A DNA stretch of 41,411 nucleotides from Clostridia bacterium (GTDB taxonomy: Bacteria > Bacillota > Sulfobacillia > RBS10-35 > JAJYVM01): positions 1 to 41,411 of the forward strand of contig DAHVAF010000260.1 in assembly GCA_027314765.1 (NCBI GenBank). Direction: 5' to 3'. This document shows positions 7,801 to 16,648 of the stretch, one piece after another (position 1 is the first letter of the stretch; each line of letters starts with the position of its first letter). Under the pieces are notes generated by a model, which ran no database searches, was not told the DNA's origin, and saw only the letters and a program-made list of their open reading frames with translations. Made by a program: the position numbers and the translations under genes.

Positions 7801-8873
7801 GCGGGCGGCCGGGCCGACCGCGACCGCCGGCGAAGGCGTCAGGGGCTGAGCCGCCGAGCGCACGTGGCGGCGGAGACCCGGCTGCGCGGCCCGGAAGGCT
7901 TGCGCCGGGGGCGACCCCCGCCGCGCGCAGGCCGCCATCCGCGGCACACGAAGGGGCTCGGGCTGCTCCGACAGGGGCCGAGCAGCCCGAGCCCCTGGTC
8001 GAAGGCTTCCTCGACTACCTGCGTGCCCAGCGCGGGGCATCCGAGCACACCATCGCGGCATACGCGGCCGACCTGCGGCAGTTCCGCCGCATCTGTCCGC
8101 GCTGGGCGAGCGGCGAGGTCCCGGCCCTGCGCCGCTATCTCGCGCAGCTGCAGGCGGCCGGCTATCAGCGGCGCTCGGTGGCCCGCAAGTTGGCGGCCGT
8201 GCGGTCCTTTTACGCCCACCTCGTTCGCGAGGGGCAGCTTGCCCACAGCCCGGGCGCCATCGTCCACACCCCGAAGCTGCCGCGGCCGCTGCCGCGCACC
8301 CTGTCGCAGCGGCAGGCGGCCGCGCGGGTGGCGGCGCCCGTCGCCGGGACCCCGGCCGGGCTCCGCGACCGGGCCATCCTCGAGATGATGTACGGGGCCG
8401 GGCTGCGGGTCGGCGAGCTCTGCGGGCTGGACATCGCCGACGTCGACGCCGCGGCCAGGATGGTCCACGTCCTTGGCAAGGGCGGCAACGAGCGCATCGC
8501 GCCCTTTGGCGCCAAGGCGGAGCAGGCCCTGGCCGCCTACCTGCGCGTCGGGCGGCCGCGCCTGGTGGGCGCCGAGCCCACGCCCGCGCTGTGGCTGAAC
8601 GGTCAGGGGCGGCGCCTGACCGACCGAAGCGTCCGCGCGCTGGTCAACCGCTCGGCGGCCGCGGCCGGCGTGCCCCACGCCTCGCCGCACACCCTGCGGC
8701 ACTCGTATGCCACCCACATGCTCGACCGCGGCGCCGACCTGCGCGCCGTCCAGGACCTGCTCGGCCACGCGAGCCTGTCCACCACGCAGATCTACACGCA
8801 CGTCACCCGCGAGCGGCTGAAGCAGGTGTACCTGCAGGCCCACCCGCGGGCGCGGATGCCAGGGCCGGAGTAG
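7797..8873 (+). CDS. xerC: Tyrosine recombinase XerC/CodV; N-terminal ~65 aa low-complexity, start uncertain
   Basis: RDRAILEMMYGAGLRVGEL, GKG, HTLRHSYATH, LLGHASLSTTQIY; ATGA overlap with topA; position topA-xerC-hslVU. Confidence 0.9.
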   Translation: MSGRPGRPRPPAKASGAEPPSARGGGDPAARPGRLAPGATPAARRPPSAAHEGARAAPTGAEQPEPLVEGFLDYLRAQRGASEHTIAAYAADLRQFRRICPRWASGEVPALRRYLAQLQAAGYQRRSVARKLAAVRSFYAHLVREGQLAHSPGAIVHTPKLPRPLPRTLSQRQAAARVAAPVAGTPAGLRDRAILEMMYGAGLRVGELCGLDIADVDAAARMVHVLGKGGNERIAPFGAKAEQALAAYLRVGRPRLVGAEPTPALWLNGQGRRLTDRSVRALVNRSAAAAGVPHASPHTLRHSYATHMLDRGADLRAVQDLLGHASLSTTQIYTHVTRERLKQVYLQAHPRARMPGPE

Positions 8874-9056
8874 GCGGCGACGGGCGCGCGCGCCGGGGGC
8901 GACCCTGATGGTCGCGGGCCAGGTCCCCGGCCGCCAGGGAGGGCGGCCACGCGCGCCGCCGGGGACTCGCGGTGCCGCGCCAGCGGCACGGGCGTCGCGG
9001 CGACCCCGCAGGCCGCCAGGCCGAGGAGGCGCCGCAGCCCGAGCGGGTGGCGGCGA

Positions 9057-9075
9057 GGCCCCCGGGACGGGGGCC
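9057..9075. terminator. GC-rich hairpin between convergent xerC and CoA-transferase genes
   Basis: GGCCCCCG-GGA-CGGGGGCC with no T tract. Confidence 0.3.
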
Positions 9076-9100
9076 GGGCGCGCCCACTTGGTCCAGCCGC

Positions 9101-10495
9101 TCACCGTGGCAGCCAGGCCGGCGCATGCGCCCCCTGGCGGGCGGGCGGCAGCTCCCACCGCGGGGCGGTCTCCGCCATCCACAGGGCCGGGGTCAGGTAT
9201 TCGATCCGGCCGAAATCCGCCGTGTCCATCTCGGCGAGGAACGGCGCCACGTCGCCGGGGTCCGCCGCGGCCGGGTCGAGGTCGTCGCCCAGGCGCTGGT
9301 ACCACATGCAGGTCTGGCACAGGGAGACCTGAACGTGCCAGGAGCCGCCCTCCGTGGCCCGCCGGGCCAGGGCGGCCATGGCGCCGTAGGCCGCCAGGAA
9401 GCCCGTGCTGTAGTCGTTCACGGCGGCGGGGGCCAGCCGAGGGGTGCCACCGGGGGCCGACAGCCCCTCGCGGAAGGACATGCCCGTCGCCGCCTGGCCG
9501 AGCTGCTCCCAGCCGGGCCGCTCGGCCCAGGGGCCCACAGGACCGTAGCAGTTCTCGGAGACATAGACGATGCCGGGCCGCAGCGCCGCGACCTCCCGCG
9601 GGCCGAAGCCGCGCCGGGCCAGGGCTCCCAGGCGGTAACCCTGCGAGAACACGTCGGCCGCGCGGATCAGCTCGCGCAGGCGTGCAGCCTCCTCCGGCTC
9701 GCGCAGGTCCAGGACGGCCTGGCGCTTGCCGATGCCGGTCTCCAGCTCGAACGGGCCGCTGCCCTCCAGGTGCGGGGCGCTGATATGGAGGACGTCCGCG
9801 CCGTGCTCGGCCAGGGTTTTGGCGCAGGTCGGGCCCGCCAGGACGCGCGTGAGGTCGAGGACCCGCAGGCCGCCCGTGGGCCGGCCGGCCTCCGGCAGGG
9901 GCTGGGGCGGCGCGTCGCCGATGCGCGTCAGGGCCACGGCCGGCAGGCCGGCGATGGCCTGGCCCTGCGGATGCGCGGCCCACTCGGCCTTCGAGCGCAC
10001 GGCGCCGCCGCAGATCCGGCGCCGGATGAACGCTGCCTCCAGCTCGAAGGCGTCGCGCGCGGCCACCGCGGCGTCGATCTCGGCGGCCACGGCACCCTCG
10101 TCCAGCCCGAGCTCCGCCAGGACCTGCGGGGTGTCGTGAAAGGAGCCGTGCAGCTGCACGTGGCGGCCGTCGCGGGCGGCCACGATGCGGGTGATGCCCT
10201 GGCGGCGGCGCGCCAGCCCCGGCGCGTCCCCGCCGAGCGGCCGCGCGTGCTGGTAGGAGCGCAGGCTGAAGGCGGCGTGGCGCGCCTCCACGCGGACGGC
10301 TTGGCGGCGGCCCGTGCGCAGGCGCCACAGCTCGCTCGCGCCGAGGCCCGTCAGCAGGCGGGCCACGGCCGCCCCCTCGCCGAGATGGTGCGGCGAGGGC
10401 AGGATCGGATCTTCACCCGTGATCTCGCAGTCGATGGCCGCGGGCAGGGGTATGCCCGCCAGCCGCATGGCTCGCAGAACCGCGTCGCGCTCCAT
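9101..10495 (-). CDS. CoA-transferase family III (CaiB/BaiF), long two-domain form
   Basis: [55 protein letters not shown]; RBS GGGAGGGAG before ATG 10495. Confidence 0.9.
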   Translation of the reverse strand: MERDAVLRAMRLAGIPLPAAIDCEITGEDPILPSPHHLGEGAAVARLLTGLGASELWRLRTGRRQAVRVEARHAAFSLRSYQHARPLGGDAPGLARRRQGITRIVAARDGRHVQLHGSFHDTPQVLAELGLDEGAVAAEIDAAVAARDAFELEAAFIRRRICGGAVRSKAEWAAHPQGQAIAGLPAVALTRIGDAPPQPLPEAGRPTGGLRVLDLTRVLAGPTCAKTLAEHGADVLHISAPHLEGSGPFELETGIGKRQAVLDLREPEEAARLRELIRAADVFSQGYRLGALARRGFGPREVAALRPGIVYVSENCYGPVGPWAERPGWEQLGQAATGMSFREGLSAPGGTPRLAPAAVNDYSTGFLAAYGAMAALARRATEGGSWHVQVSLCQTCMWYQRLGDDLDPAAADPGDVAPFLAEMDTADFGRIEYLTPALWMAETAPRWELPPARQGAHAPAWLPR

Positions 10496-10671
10496 CCCGC
10501 TTCTCCCTCCCTCGCCATGGAGGTTCGCCGCGCCACACCCGGCGACCCGCTCGGCGGAACCGTGCGCCGCCACCCCCGCGCGGCCCGGGCGAAGATCGGC
10601 TATCGTGGAGTGGCGCGGTGGATTTTCTGCCGCTTCCGGGCAACCTTCCCAGGGGGGCGGAGGCACGGCCT

Positions 10672-11208
10672 ATGGAGTTTCACGGGACGACCATCCTGGC
10701 GGTCCAGCGCGGCGGCAAGCTGGCCATGGCCGGCGACGGTCAGGTCACGATCTCGCCCGCCAACATCGTGCTGAAGCACCACGCGCAGAAGGTGCGCCGC
10801 CTCAGCAGCGGTAAGGTGCTGGCGGGTTTCGCCGGGTCGCTGGCCGACTCCATCTCGCTCTACGACAGGTTCGAGGCGAAGATGGAGGAGTTCCGCGGCA
10901 ACCTGCAGCGCGCGGCGGTCGAGCTGGCCCGGGATTGGCGCTCGGACAGGGTGCTGCGCCGCCTGGAGGCGCAGATGCTGGTGGCCGACGTCGGGCACGT
11001 GCTGCTGCTGAGCGGCAGCGGTGAGGTCATCGAGCCCGACGAGCCGATCCTGGCCATCGGCTCGGGCGGGCCCTACGCGCTCTCGGCGGCGCAGGCACTG
11101 GCCCGCCACACCGACATGGCGGTCGGCGACATCGTGCGGGCGGCCATGCGGATCGCCGCCGACATCTGCGTATACACGAACACGAACTTCATCGTCGAGG
11201 AGCTTTGA
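10672..11208 (+). CDS. hslV: ATP-dependent protease peptidase subunit HslV/ClpQ
   Basis: MEFHG|TTILAV propeptide and Thr nucleophile, [21 protein letters not shown]. Confidence 0.97.
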   Translation: MEFHGTTILAVQRGGKLAMAGDGQVTISPANIVLKHHAQKVRRLSSGKVLAGFAGSLADSISLYDRFEAKMEEFRGNLQRAAVELARDWRSDRVLRRLEAQMLVADVGHVLLLSGSGEVIEPDEPILAIGSGGPYALSAAQALARHTDMAVGDIVRAAMRIAADICVYTNTNFIVEEL

Positions 11209-11285
11209 GCCGAGGGGCCTTGAGCCGAGGGGCTTTGAGCCGAGGAGCTTTGAGCCGAGAGGCCCCGAGTAGACGGGCTTTGTGC
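11196..11285 (+). repeat. 15-bp tandem repeat, about 6 copies, overlapping the hslV stop
   Basis: CGAGGAGCTTTGAGC, CGAGGGGCCTTGAGC, CGAGGGGCTTTGAGC, CGAGGAGCTTTGAGC, then two degenerate copies. Confidence 0.9.
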
Positions 11286-11317
11286 GACCCACTTCTTCCC
11301 GGAGGAGCTGGAGCGGC

Positions 11318-12724
11318 GTGGACGAGCTGACGCCCCGCCAGATCGTGGCCGAGCTCGATAAGTACGTGGTGGGCCAGGCGGGCGCCAAGCGCTCGGTTGC
11401 GGTGGCCCTGCGCAACCGGTACCGCCGCAACCGCCTGCCGCCCGAGCTGAAGGACGAGGTCGTCCCGAAGAACATCCTGATGATCGGCCCCACGGGCGTT
11501 GGCAAGACGGAGATCGCCCGCCGCATCGCCCGCATGGTCAAGGCGCCCTTCATCAAGGTCGAGGCCACCAAGTTCACCGAGGTCGGCTACGTGGGCCGCG
11601 ACGTCGACTCCATGGTGCGCGACCTGGTGGAGACCTCCCTGCGCATGGTCCGCTCCGAGAAGCTGGCGGATGTGCAGGAGCGGGCGCAGGAGCTGGCCGA
11701 GGAGCGGCTCCTGGACATCCTGGCCCCCCTCCCCAAGCGCGAGCAGGCCTTCCGCAACCCCCTGGAGGCCCTCTTCGGCTCCATGCGCGGCCCCCAGGCC
11801 GAGACCGACGACGACCAGGAGATGGAGGACCGCCGGCGCACGGCCCGCGAGGCGCGCGCCCAGTACCGGCGGCGCCTGGCGACGGGCGGGATGGAGGGCG
11901 ACACGGTCGAGGTCGAGGTCGACGACACCACGCCGCCCATGGTCGATGTCCTCTCGGGCGCCGGCGTGGAGGAGATGGCCATCAACTTCCAGGACCTGCT
12001 GGGCGGCATGCTGCCCAAGCGCCGCAAGAAGCGCAAGGTCACCATCGCCGAGGCGCGCCGGCTCCTGGCCCAGGAGGAGGCCGCCAAACTGATCGACCAG
12101 GACCAGGCCACGGCCGAGGCCGTCCGCCGCGCCGAACAGTCCGGCATCATCTTCGTCGACGAGATCGACAAGATCGCCGGCCGCGACGCCGGCACCGGCC
12201 CCGACGTCTCCCGCGAGGGCGTGCAGCGCGACATCCTGCCCATCGTCGAGGGCAGCACGGTCATGACCAAATACGGGCCGGTGAAGACCGACCACATGCT
12301 CTTCATCGCCGCGGGCGCCTTCCACACCAGCAAGCCGACGGACCTGATCCCGGAGCTGCAGGGCCGCTTCCCCATCCGGGTGGAGCTGGAGCCCCTCGGC
12401 GCCGAGGACCTGCGCCGCATCCTCGTGGAGCCGGAGAACGCCCTGACCAAGCAGTACGCCGCGCTCCTGGAGACCGAGGGCGTGACCGTGACCTTCACGC
12501 AGGACGGCATCGATGAGCTCGCCGCCACGGCCCAGCGCGTGAACGAGCAGACGGAGAACATCGGCGCCCGCCGCCTGCACACGATCATGGAGAAGCTGCT
12601 GGAGGAAGTCTCCTTCGACGCGCCGGAGGGCGACGAGAAGACGGTCAACGTGGACGCGGCCTATGTGAAGGCCCGCCTGTCCGGCATCGCGCAGGACCGC
12701 GACCTCAGCCGGTTCATCCTCTAG
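11318..12724 (+). CDS. hslU: ATP-dependent protease ATPase subunit HslU/ClpY
   Basis: [29 protein letters not shown] pore loop, DEIDKI, DLSRFIL C-terminus. Confidence 0.98.
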   Translation: MDELTPRQIVAELDKYVVGQAGAKRSVAVALRNRYRRNRLPPELKDEVVPKNILMIGPTGVGKTEIARRIARMVKAPFIKVEATKFTEVGYVGRDVDSMVRDLVETSLRMVRSEKLADVQERAQELAEERLLDILAPLPKREQAFRNPLEALFGSMRGPQAETDDDQEMEDRRRTAREARAQYRRRLATGGMEGDTVEVEVDDTTPPMVDVLSGAGVEEMAINFQDLLGGMLPKRRKKRKVTIAEARRLLAQEEAAKLIDQDQATAEAVRRAEQSGIIFVDEIDKIAGRDAGTGPDVSREGVQRDILPIVEGSTVMTKYGPVKTDHMLFIAAGAFHTSKPTDLIPELQGRFPIRVELEPLGAEDLRRILVEPENALTKQYAALLETEGVTVTFTQDGIDELAATAQRVNEQTENIGARRLHTIMEKLLEEVSFDAPEGDEKTVNVDAAYVKARLSGIAQDRDLSRFIL

Positions 12725-12777
12725 CGGCACTTCAGGCGTTCGGTAGTACCTGAGGCGGTGCCACTCGACGACCGGAG

Positions 12778-12807
12778 GTGGGGCATGGTGTGAAAGCCGT
12801 GCCCCAC
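12778..12807. other. 12-bp hairpin (terminator- or REP-like) downstream of hslU
   Basis: GTGGGGCATGGT-GTGAAA-GCCGTGCCCCAC, flanked by two weaker hairpins. Confidence 0.5.
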
Positions 12808-12962
12808 GTGTATTTGCGACGAGAGACCGCGCGCGGGTCGTCTCCCGGAGCACTCCCGTTGCGCAGTATCCAATTGCGTTGAACAAGCAAGATGGAGCCA
12901 GATCGACGTCTGGCGAAGCTCGCCGTCGCCATGTAGCACCTGCCGGTTTCGGGGTGGCCGGT

Positions 12963-13373
12963 ATGGCGCGGCTCATGCGCAAGACTGTCCGCGGTCACAC
13001 CCACGGGTACGCCGTCGAGTCCAAGCGCGTCGACGGCAAGCCCCACATCGTCTGGCAACGCTATCTCGGCAAGATGGAGGACATCATCGCCCGCTGCACC
13101 CAGGGCCCCTCCGCCTTCGAGCCCGTCGTGGAGGAGTTCGGTGCCGTCGCCGCCCTGATGGCCATCGCCCAGCGTTTGGACTTGGAAGCCATCGTGGCCC
13201 GCCACCTGCCGCAGGGCCGCCTGCAGGTCCCCGTCGGCCGCTACCTGCTGTTGGCCAGCGTTAACCGTGTGCTGGCGCCCTGCAGCAAGGTGCAGATCGG
13301 AGATGGGTACGAGCGCACCCTGCTGCGCCGGCTCTGGAGCCTGCCGGCCGCCCACTTCAGCAGCCAGCGCTTC
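12963..13373 (+). mobile_element. Truncated IS1634-family-like transposase, N-terminal fragment only
   Basis: RKTVRGHTHGYAVESKRVDGKP..QRYLG, EFGAVAAL, NRVLAPCSK, SQRF; resemblance ends at ~13373; no DDE domain. Confidence 0.7.
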
Positions 13374-13417
13374 CCTGTGCCGAGGCAGTCCGCCACCCTT
13401 CACAGTCGACCCCATTC

Positions 13418-13454
13418 TGTCGAATAACCTTAAAGATACAGTGAATTTGTCGAA
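13418..13454 (+). promoter_or_regulatory. Two Spo0A (0A) boxes upstream of the flagellar operon
   Basis: TGTCGAA at 13418-13424 and 13448-13454 in a locally AT-rich segment. Confidence 0.55.
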
Positions 13455-13522
13455 CGATAGTTGTCACATTTGGTGGGTGGTAGCAGGAGGATGAAACCGG
13501 ACCGCGAAACCTGAGCCTTGAC

Positions 13523-13549
13523 CAGAACTGAAAAGAGTTCCCAGTTCTG
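13523..13549. promoter_or_regulatory. Inverted repeat, putative operator
   Basis: CAGAACTG-N11-CAGTTCTG, adjacent to TTGACC at 13518-13523. Confidence 0.45.
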
Positions 13550-13568
13550 ATCTGGAAATTGAATCGAG

Positions 13569-13664
13569 CTCTTTTCCGAACGGGCAAACCCGTCGAGAGG
13601 CGGGGACGCAAAGCCACGGGCCCTCGTGTGAGGCGAGGGTAGCCGGGTTACCGAAGAAAAGGGG
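13569..13664 (+). ncRNA. c-di-GMP-I (GEMM) riboswitch
   Basis: GGGCAAACC-CGTC-GAGA-GGCG-GGGACGCAAAGCCACGGGCCCT...GGTAGCCGGGTTACCGA, immediately upstream of flgB. Confidence 0.93.
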
Positions 13665-13676
13665 AGGCATGGCACA

Positions 13677-13719
13677 CAAAGCCCCCTTTTCCGAGGGATC
13701 GGAATCGGGGGCTTTTTGT
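13677..13719 (+). terminator. Riboswitch expression-platform terminator
   Basis: AAAGCCCCC..TTCCGA-GGGA-TCGGAA..GGGGGCTTTTTGT. Confidence 0.85.
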
Positions 13720-13778
13720 CGTCCCGGTGAGGGGTCGGAGATTCCGGATCCAAGCGGGTCCAGGCGGAGGTGGGCGAT

Positions 13779-14168
13779 GTGGGCGGGCTGTTCTCGGCAC
13801 CGGGCCTGCAGGCACTGATGGCCAACGTCGAGGTCCTGACGGCGCGCCAGCGCGCGATCGCGCAGAACGTGGCCAACGTGGACACGCCCGGCTACCAGGC
13901 GGTCGACGTGAACTTCCCGCTGGCGATGAGCCGGGCGCTGGCCGAGCAGGCGGCGCCACAGGGGACCGGGATCGCCAACCCGGCGAGCATGCCGCTGGTG
14001 GCCAACCCGGGGGTCATGCAGGTGGACGGCAACGGGGTCAACGTGGACAAGCAGATGATCGAGATCGCGCAGACGCAGACGTGGTACGCGGCCACCGAGC
14101 AGGACCTGCAGCTTCAGCTGCAGGTGGTCAAGCTGGCGGTCAGCGACGGAGGGGCGGTGCAGCCTTGA
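13779..14168 (+). CDS. flgB: Flagellar basal-body rod protein FlgB
   Basis: RQRAIAQNVANVDTPGY, DGNGVNVDKQM; GGAGGTG RBS before GTG 13779. Confidence 0.93.
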   Translation: MGGLFSAPGLQALMANVEVLTARQRAIAQNVANVDTPGYQAVDVNFPLAMSRALAEQAAPQGTGIANPASMPLVANPGVMQVDGNGVNVDKQMIEIAQTQTWYAATEQDLQLQLQVVKLAVSDGGAVQP

Positions 14169-14560
14169 CGATCTGGGGCGGGATGGACGCGAGCGCATCG
14201 GGGCTCCTGGCCGAGCGGCTGCGGCTGGACGTGGTCGCGAACAACATCGCCAACGTCGATACCACCACCACGCCGCAGGGTGGGCCCTACCGGCGCGAGG
14301 TCGTGTTCTTCGCGCAGGCGCCGGGCGAGCGGGGCGTGGTCGTGAGCGGCATCGGGACGGACCCGTCGCCCCTGCCGCTCGTGTACGACCCCGGCAGCCC
14401 CCAGGCCAACGCGCAGGGCTTCGTGCAGATGCCCAACGTGAACATCACCTCGGAGATGGTCGACATGCTGGAGGCCGCGCGCGCCTACGGGGCCAACGTC
14501 ACGGCCTTCAACGACGGCAAGATGATGGCCACCGACGCGCTGAAGCTGGGGCAGGTGTAG
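14165..14560 (+). CDS. flgC: Flagellar basal-body rod protein FlgC
   Basis: SASGLLAERLRLDVVANNIAN, GPYRR, YDPGSPQA, MPNVNITSEMVDM; TTGA overlap with flgB. Confidence 0.95.
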   Translation: MTIWGGMDASASGLLAERLRLDVVANNIANVDTTTTPQGGPYRREVVFFAQAPGERGVVVSGIGTDPSPLPLVYDPGSPQANAQGFVQMPNVNITSEMVDMLEAARAYGANVTAFNDGKMMATDALKLGQV

Positions 14561-14566
14561 CGGGGC

Positions 14567-14911
14567 ATGACCATTCCTCCCGGCGGGTTTCAGCCGCTCT
14601 CGCTGCCCAGCCTGCGGGCGCCGACCCCGCCCGCGCCGCCGGCCGCGCCGACGGCGCCGGGCAGCGGCACCCAGGGCAGCCAGGGCGTGGCGGCCGGCGG
14701 GTTCGGCGGGGCGCTGAACTCGGCGCTCGACGCGCTGAACAGCTCGCAGGTCCAGGCCGACCAGGCGGCCCAGACCCTGGCCGGCGGCAACGGCGACATC
14801 GCCGGCGCCATGATCGCGACCGAGAAGGCGAGCCTGCAGATGCAGTTCGCCTTCGCGATCCGCAACAAGGCGATCAGCGCCTACCAGCAGATCATGGCGA
14901 TGCAGGTCTAG
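14567..14911 (+). CDS. fliE: Hook-basal body protein FliE
   Basis: MIATEKASLQMQFAFAIRNKAISAYQQIMAMQV. Confidence 0.93.
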   Translation: MTIPPGGFQPLSLPSLRAPTPPAPPAAPTAPGSGTQGSQGVAAGGFGGALNSALDALNSSQVQADQAAQTLAGGNGDIAGAMIATEKASLQMQFAFAIRNKAISAYQQIMAMQV

Positions 14912-15001
14912 CGGCCGCGGTCCCGTCCCGCGCAGCCGGGCGAAGGAGCGCCCGGCCGGCCCCAATGCCACAGGGAGGTGGGTCCGAGGGGGGTGTGAGC
15001 C

Positions 15002-16648
15002 GTGCCGACTCTGGCGGAGGCGATGGGCGGTGTCTCCCGGTTCTGGCAGGGCATGAACCCGCGCCGCCGGCGCGGCGTGCTCACCGCCGGGGTCGTGGCC
15101 CTGCTCGCCCTGGGGATCTGGGGCGCCATCGCCGCGCGCGGGCCCGCCATGGCGCCGCTCTTCACCCAGCTGCAGCCGAGCGACGCGGCCGCCATCGTCA
15201 GCCAGCTCCAGTCCCAGCACGTGCCCTACCAGCTGGCGGACAACGGGGCGACCATCATGGTCCCCAAGTCGCAGGTCTACCAGCTGCGCCTGGACATGGC
15301 GGGCAAGGGGCTGCCGAACGCGGGCGTGGTCGGCTTCTCCCTGTTCAACAACCCCAGCATCACGCAGACGCAGTTCGACCAGCAGGTCAACTTCCTGCGG
15401 GCGCTGGAGGGCGAGCTGACCACCACCATCCTCTATATCAACGGGGTGCAGGCCGCCCGGGTCGCGCTGACGCTCCCCAACCAGAGCACCAACTTCCTCA
15501 GCAGCAACAGCACGCCGCCCACGGCCTCCGTGCTGCTGCGCCTGGCGCCCGGCGCCTCGCTCTCCCCGGCTCAGGTGCAGGGCATCATGCACCTGGTCGC
15601 CGCCAGCGTGCAGGGGATGAAGCCCTCGGACGTGACGGTGCTGGACAGCCAGGGCAACATGCTCAGCGCCTTGGTCAATGAGGGCGGCACCGCGGCCGTG
15701 ACCTCGGGCAGCCAGGCCCAGCAGCAGATCGATCTGACGAACCAGTTCGACCAGCAGCTGCAGAACAACCTCCAGGGCCTGTTGTCACAGGTGCTGGGGC
15801 CGGGCAACGTGATCGCGCGCGTGCAGGCGACCCTGAACTTCAACCAGGAGACGCAGACCAGCCAGCTGTTCCAGCCCGTCAAGGGGCAGCCGAACGGCGT
15901 GCTGCAGAGCGTCAACAACCTTAAGGAGACCTTCTCCGGCACCGGCACGCCGCCGGCGCCGGCCGGGACCTCCAGCAACACCCCGAGCTACACCTTCGGC
16001 ACGGCCGGGAGCGGCAAGAACAGCTACACGCAGACGCAGTCGCAGGCCCAGTACGCGGTCAGCCAGACGACCGACCGCACGGTGGTGGCGCCGGGCGCCG
16101 TCACCCGCCTGTCCGTGGCCGTGGCCGTGAACCGCACCCTGACGACAGCCCAGCAGGCGGCCATCACGCAGATGGTCAACGCGGCCATCGGCGCCGACCC
16201 CGCCCGCAAGGACCAGATCACGGTGGTCGGCATGCCCTTCGCGGCCACGGCCACCGGTCTCGTCACCCTGCCGAAGACCGCCGCCAAGCCCTCGCCGGTG
16301 CTGCCACTGGCCCTGGCGGCCGTGGCCGCGGTGGCCGTGATCACGGCCCTGATCCTGACGGTCCTCGGCGGCCGCGGCAACGCCGCCGAGGAGGTGTCCG
16401 CGCAGGCGGAGCGCCGCCTCGCCGAGCAGCTGGTCGGCCGCACCGCGTTCCCGGACCAGAGCGAGGATGGCGACGGCCTCGGCCCCGACGCCGATCTCCT
16501 GGACGGCGACAGCGACCCCAACGCCCTCCGCCGCGCCGCGCGGGCCGAGACCGAGCAGCGCCGGCGCGAGATCGTCTCGGTCGTCCAGCGCCGGCCTGAG
16601 GATGTGGCCAACGTGCTCCGCAGCTGGCTGACGGAGGAGCAGTCCTGA
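15002..16648 (+). CDS. fliF: MS-ring protein FliF
   Basis: Two TM segments, RALEGEL, PTASVLL, RLSVAV, LRSWL C-terminus. Confidence 0.95.
   Translation: MPTLAEAMGGVSRFWQGMNPRRRRGVLTAGVVALLALGIWGAIAARGPAMAPLFTQLQPSDAAAIVSQLQSQHVPYQLADNGATIMVPKSQVYQLRLDMAGKGLPNAGVVGFSLFNNPSITQTQFDQQVNFLRALEGELTTTILYINGVQAARVALTLPNQSTNFLSSNSTPPTASVLLRLAPGASLSPAQVQGIMHLVAASVQGMKPSDVTVLDSQGNMLSALVNEGGTAAVTSGSQAQQQIDLTNQFDQQLQNNLQGLLSQVLGPGNVIARVQATLNFNQETQTSQLFQPVKGQPNGVLQSVNNLKETFSGTGTPPAPAGTSSNTPSYTFGTAGSGKNSYTQTQSQAQYAVSQTTDRTVVAPGAVTRLSVAVAVNRTLTTAQQAAITQMVNAAIGADPARKDQITVVGMPFAATATGLVTLPKTAAKPSPVLPLALAAVAAVAVITALILTVLGGRGNAAEEVSAQAERRLAEQLVGRTAFPDQSEDGDGLGPDADLLDGDSDPNALRRAARAETEQRRREIVSVVQRRPEDVANVLRSWLTEEQS

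Noticed and set aside
4291-8061. 1256-aa minus-strand ORF, and similar long ORFs at 7839-10328, 16726-19896, 26045-28573 and 29655-31655
   Set aside because: Shadow frames of real genes in very high-GC DNA; Arg/Pro/Ala-rich with no motifs.
5943-8873. 976-aa recombinase fusion ORF
   Set aside because: Only the part from 7797 onward is XerC; the rest is an alternative frame of topA.
7797-8873. Phage or island integrase
   Set aside because: The topA-xerC-hslVU context indicates housekeeping XerC/CodV; no att sites or phage genes were seen.
13431-13460. Sigma-D promoter (TAAAG...CGATAG)
   Set aside because: Spacing does not fit TAAA-N15/16-GCCGATAT.
13485-13514. Leader peptide MKPDRET after AGGAGG
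   Set aside because: There is no spacing between the SD and ATG; the GGGGAGG-C-ATG at 13661-13671 has the same problem.
13720-13778. C. difficile-style invertible flagellar switch
   Set aside because: Only ~60 bp separate the terminator from flgB, with no flanking inverted repeats.
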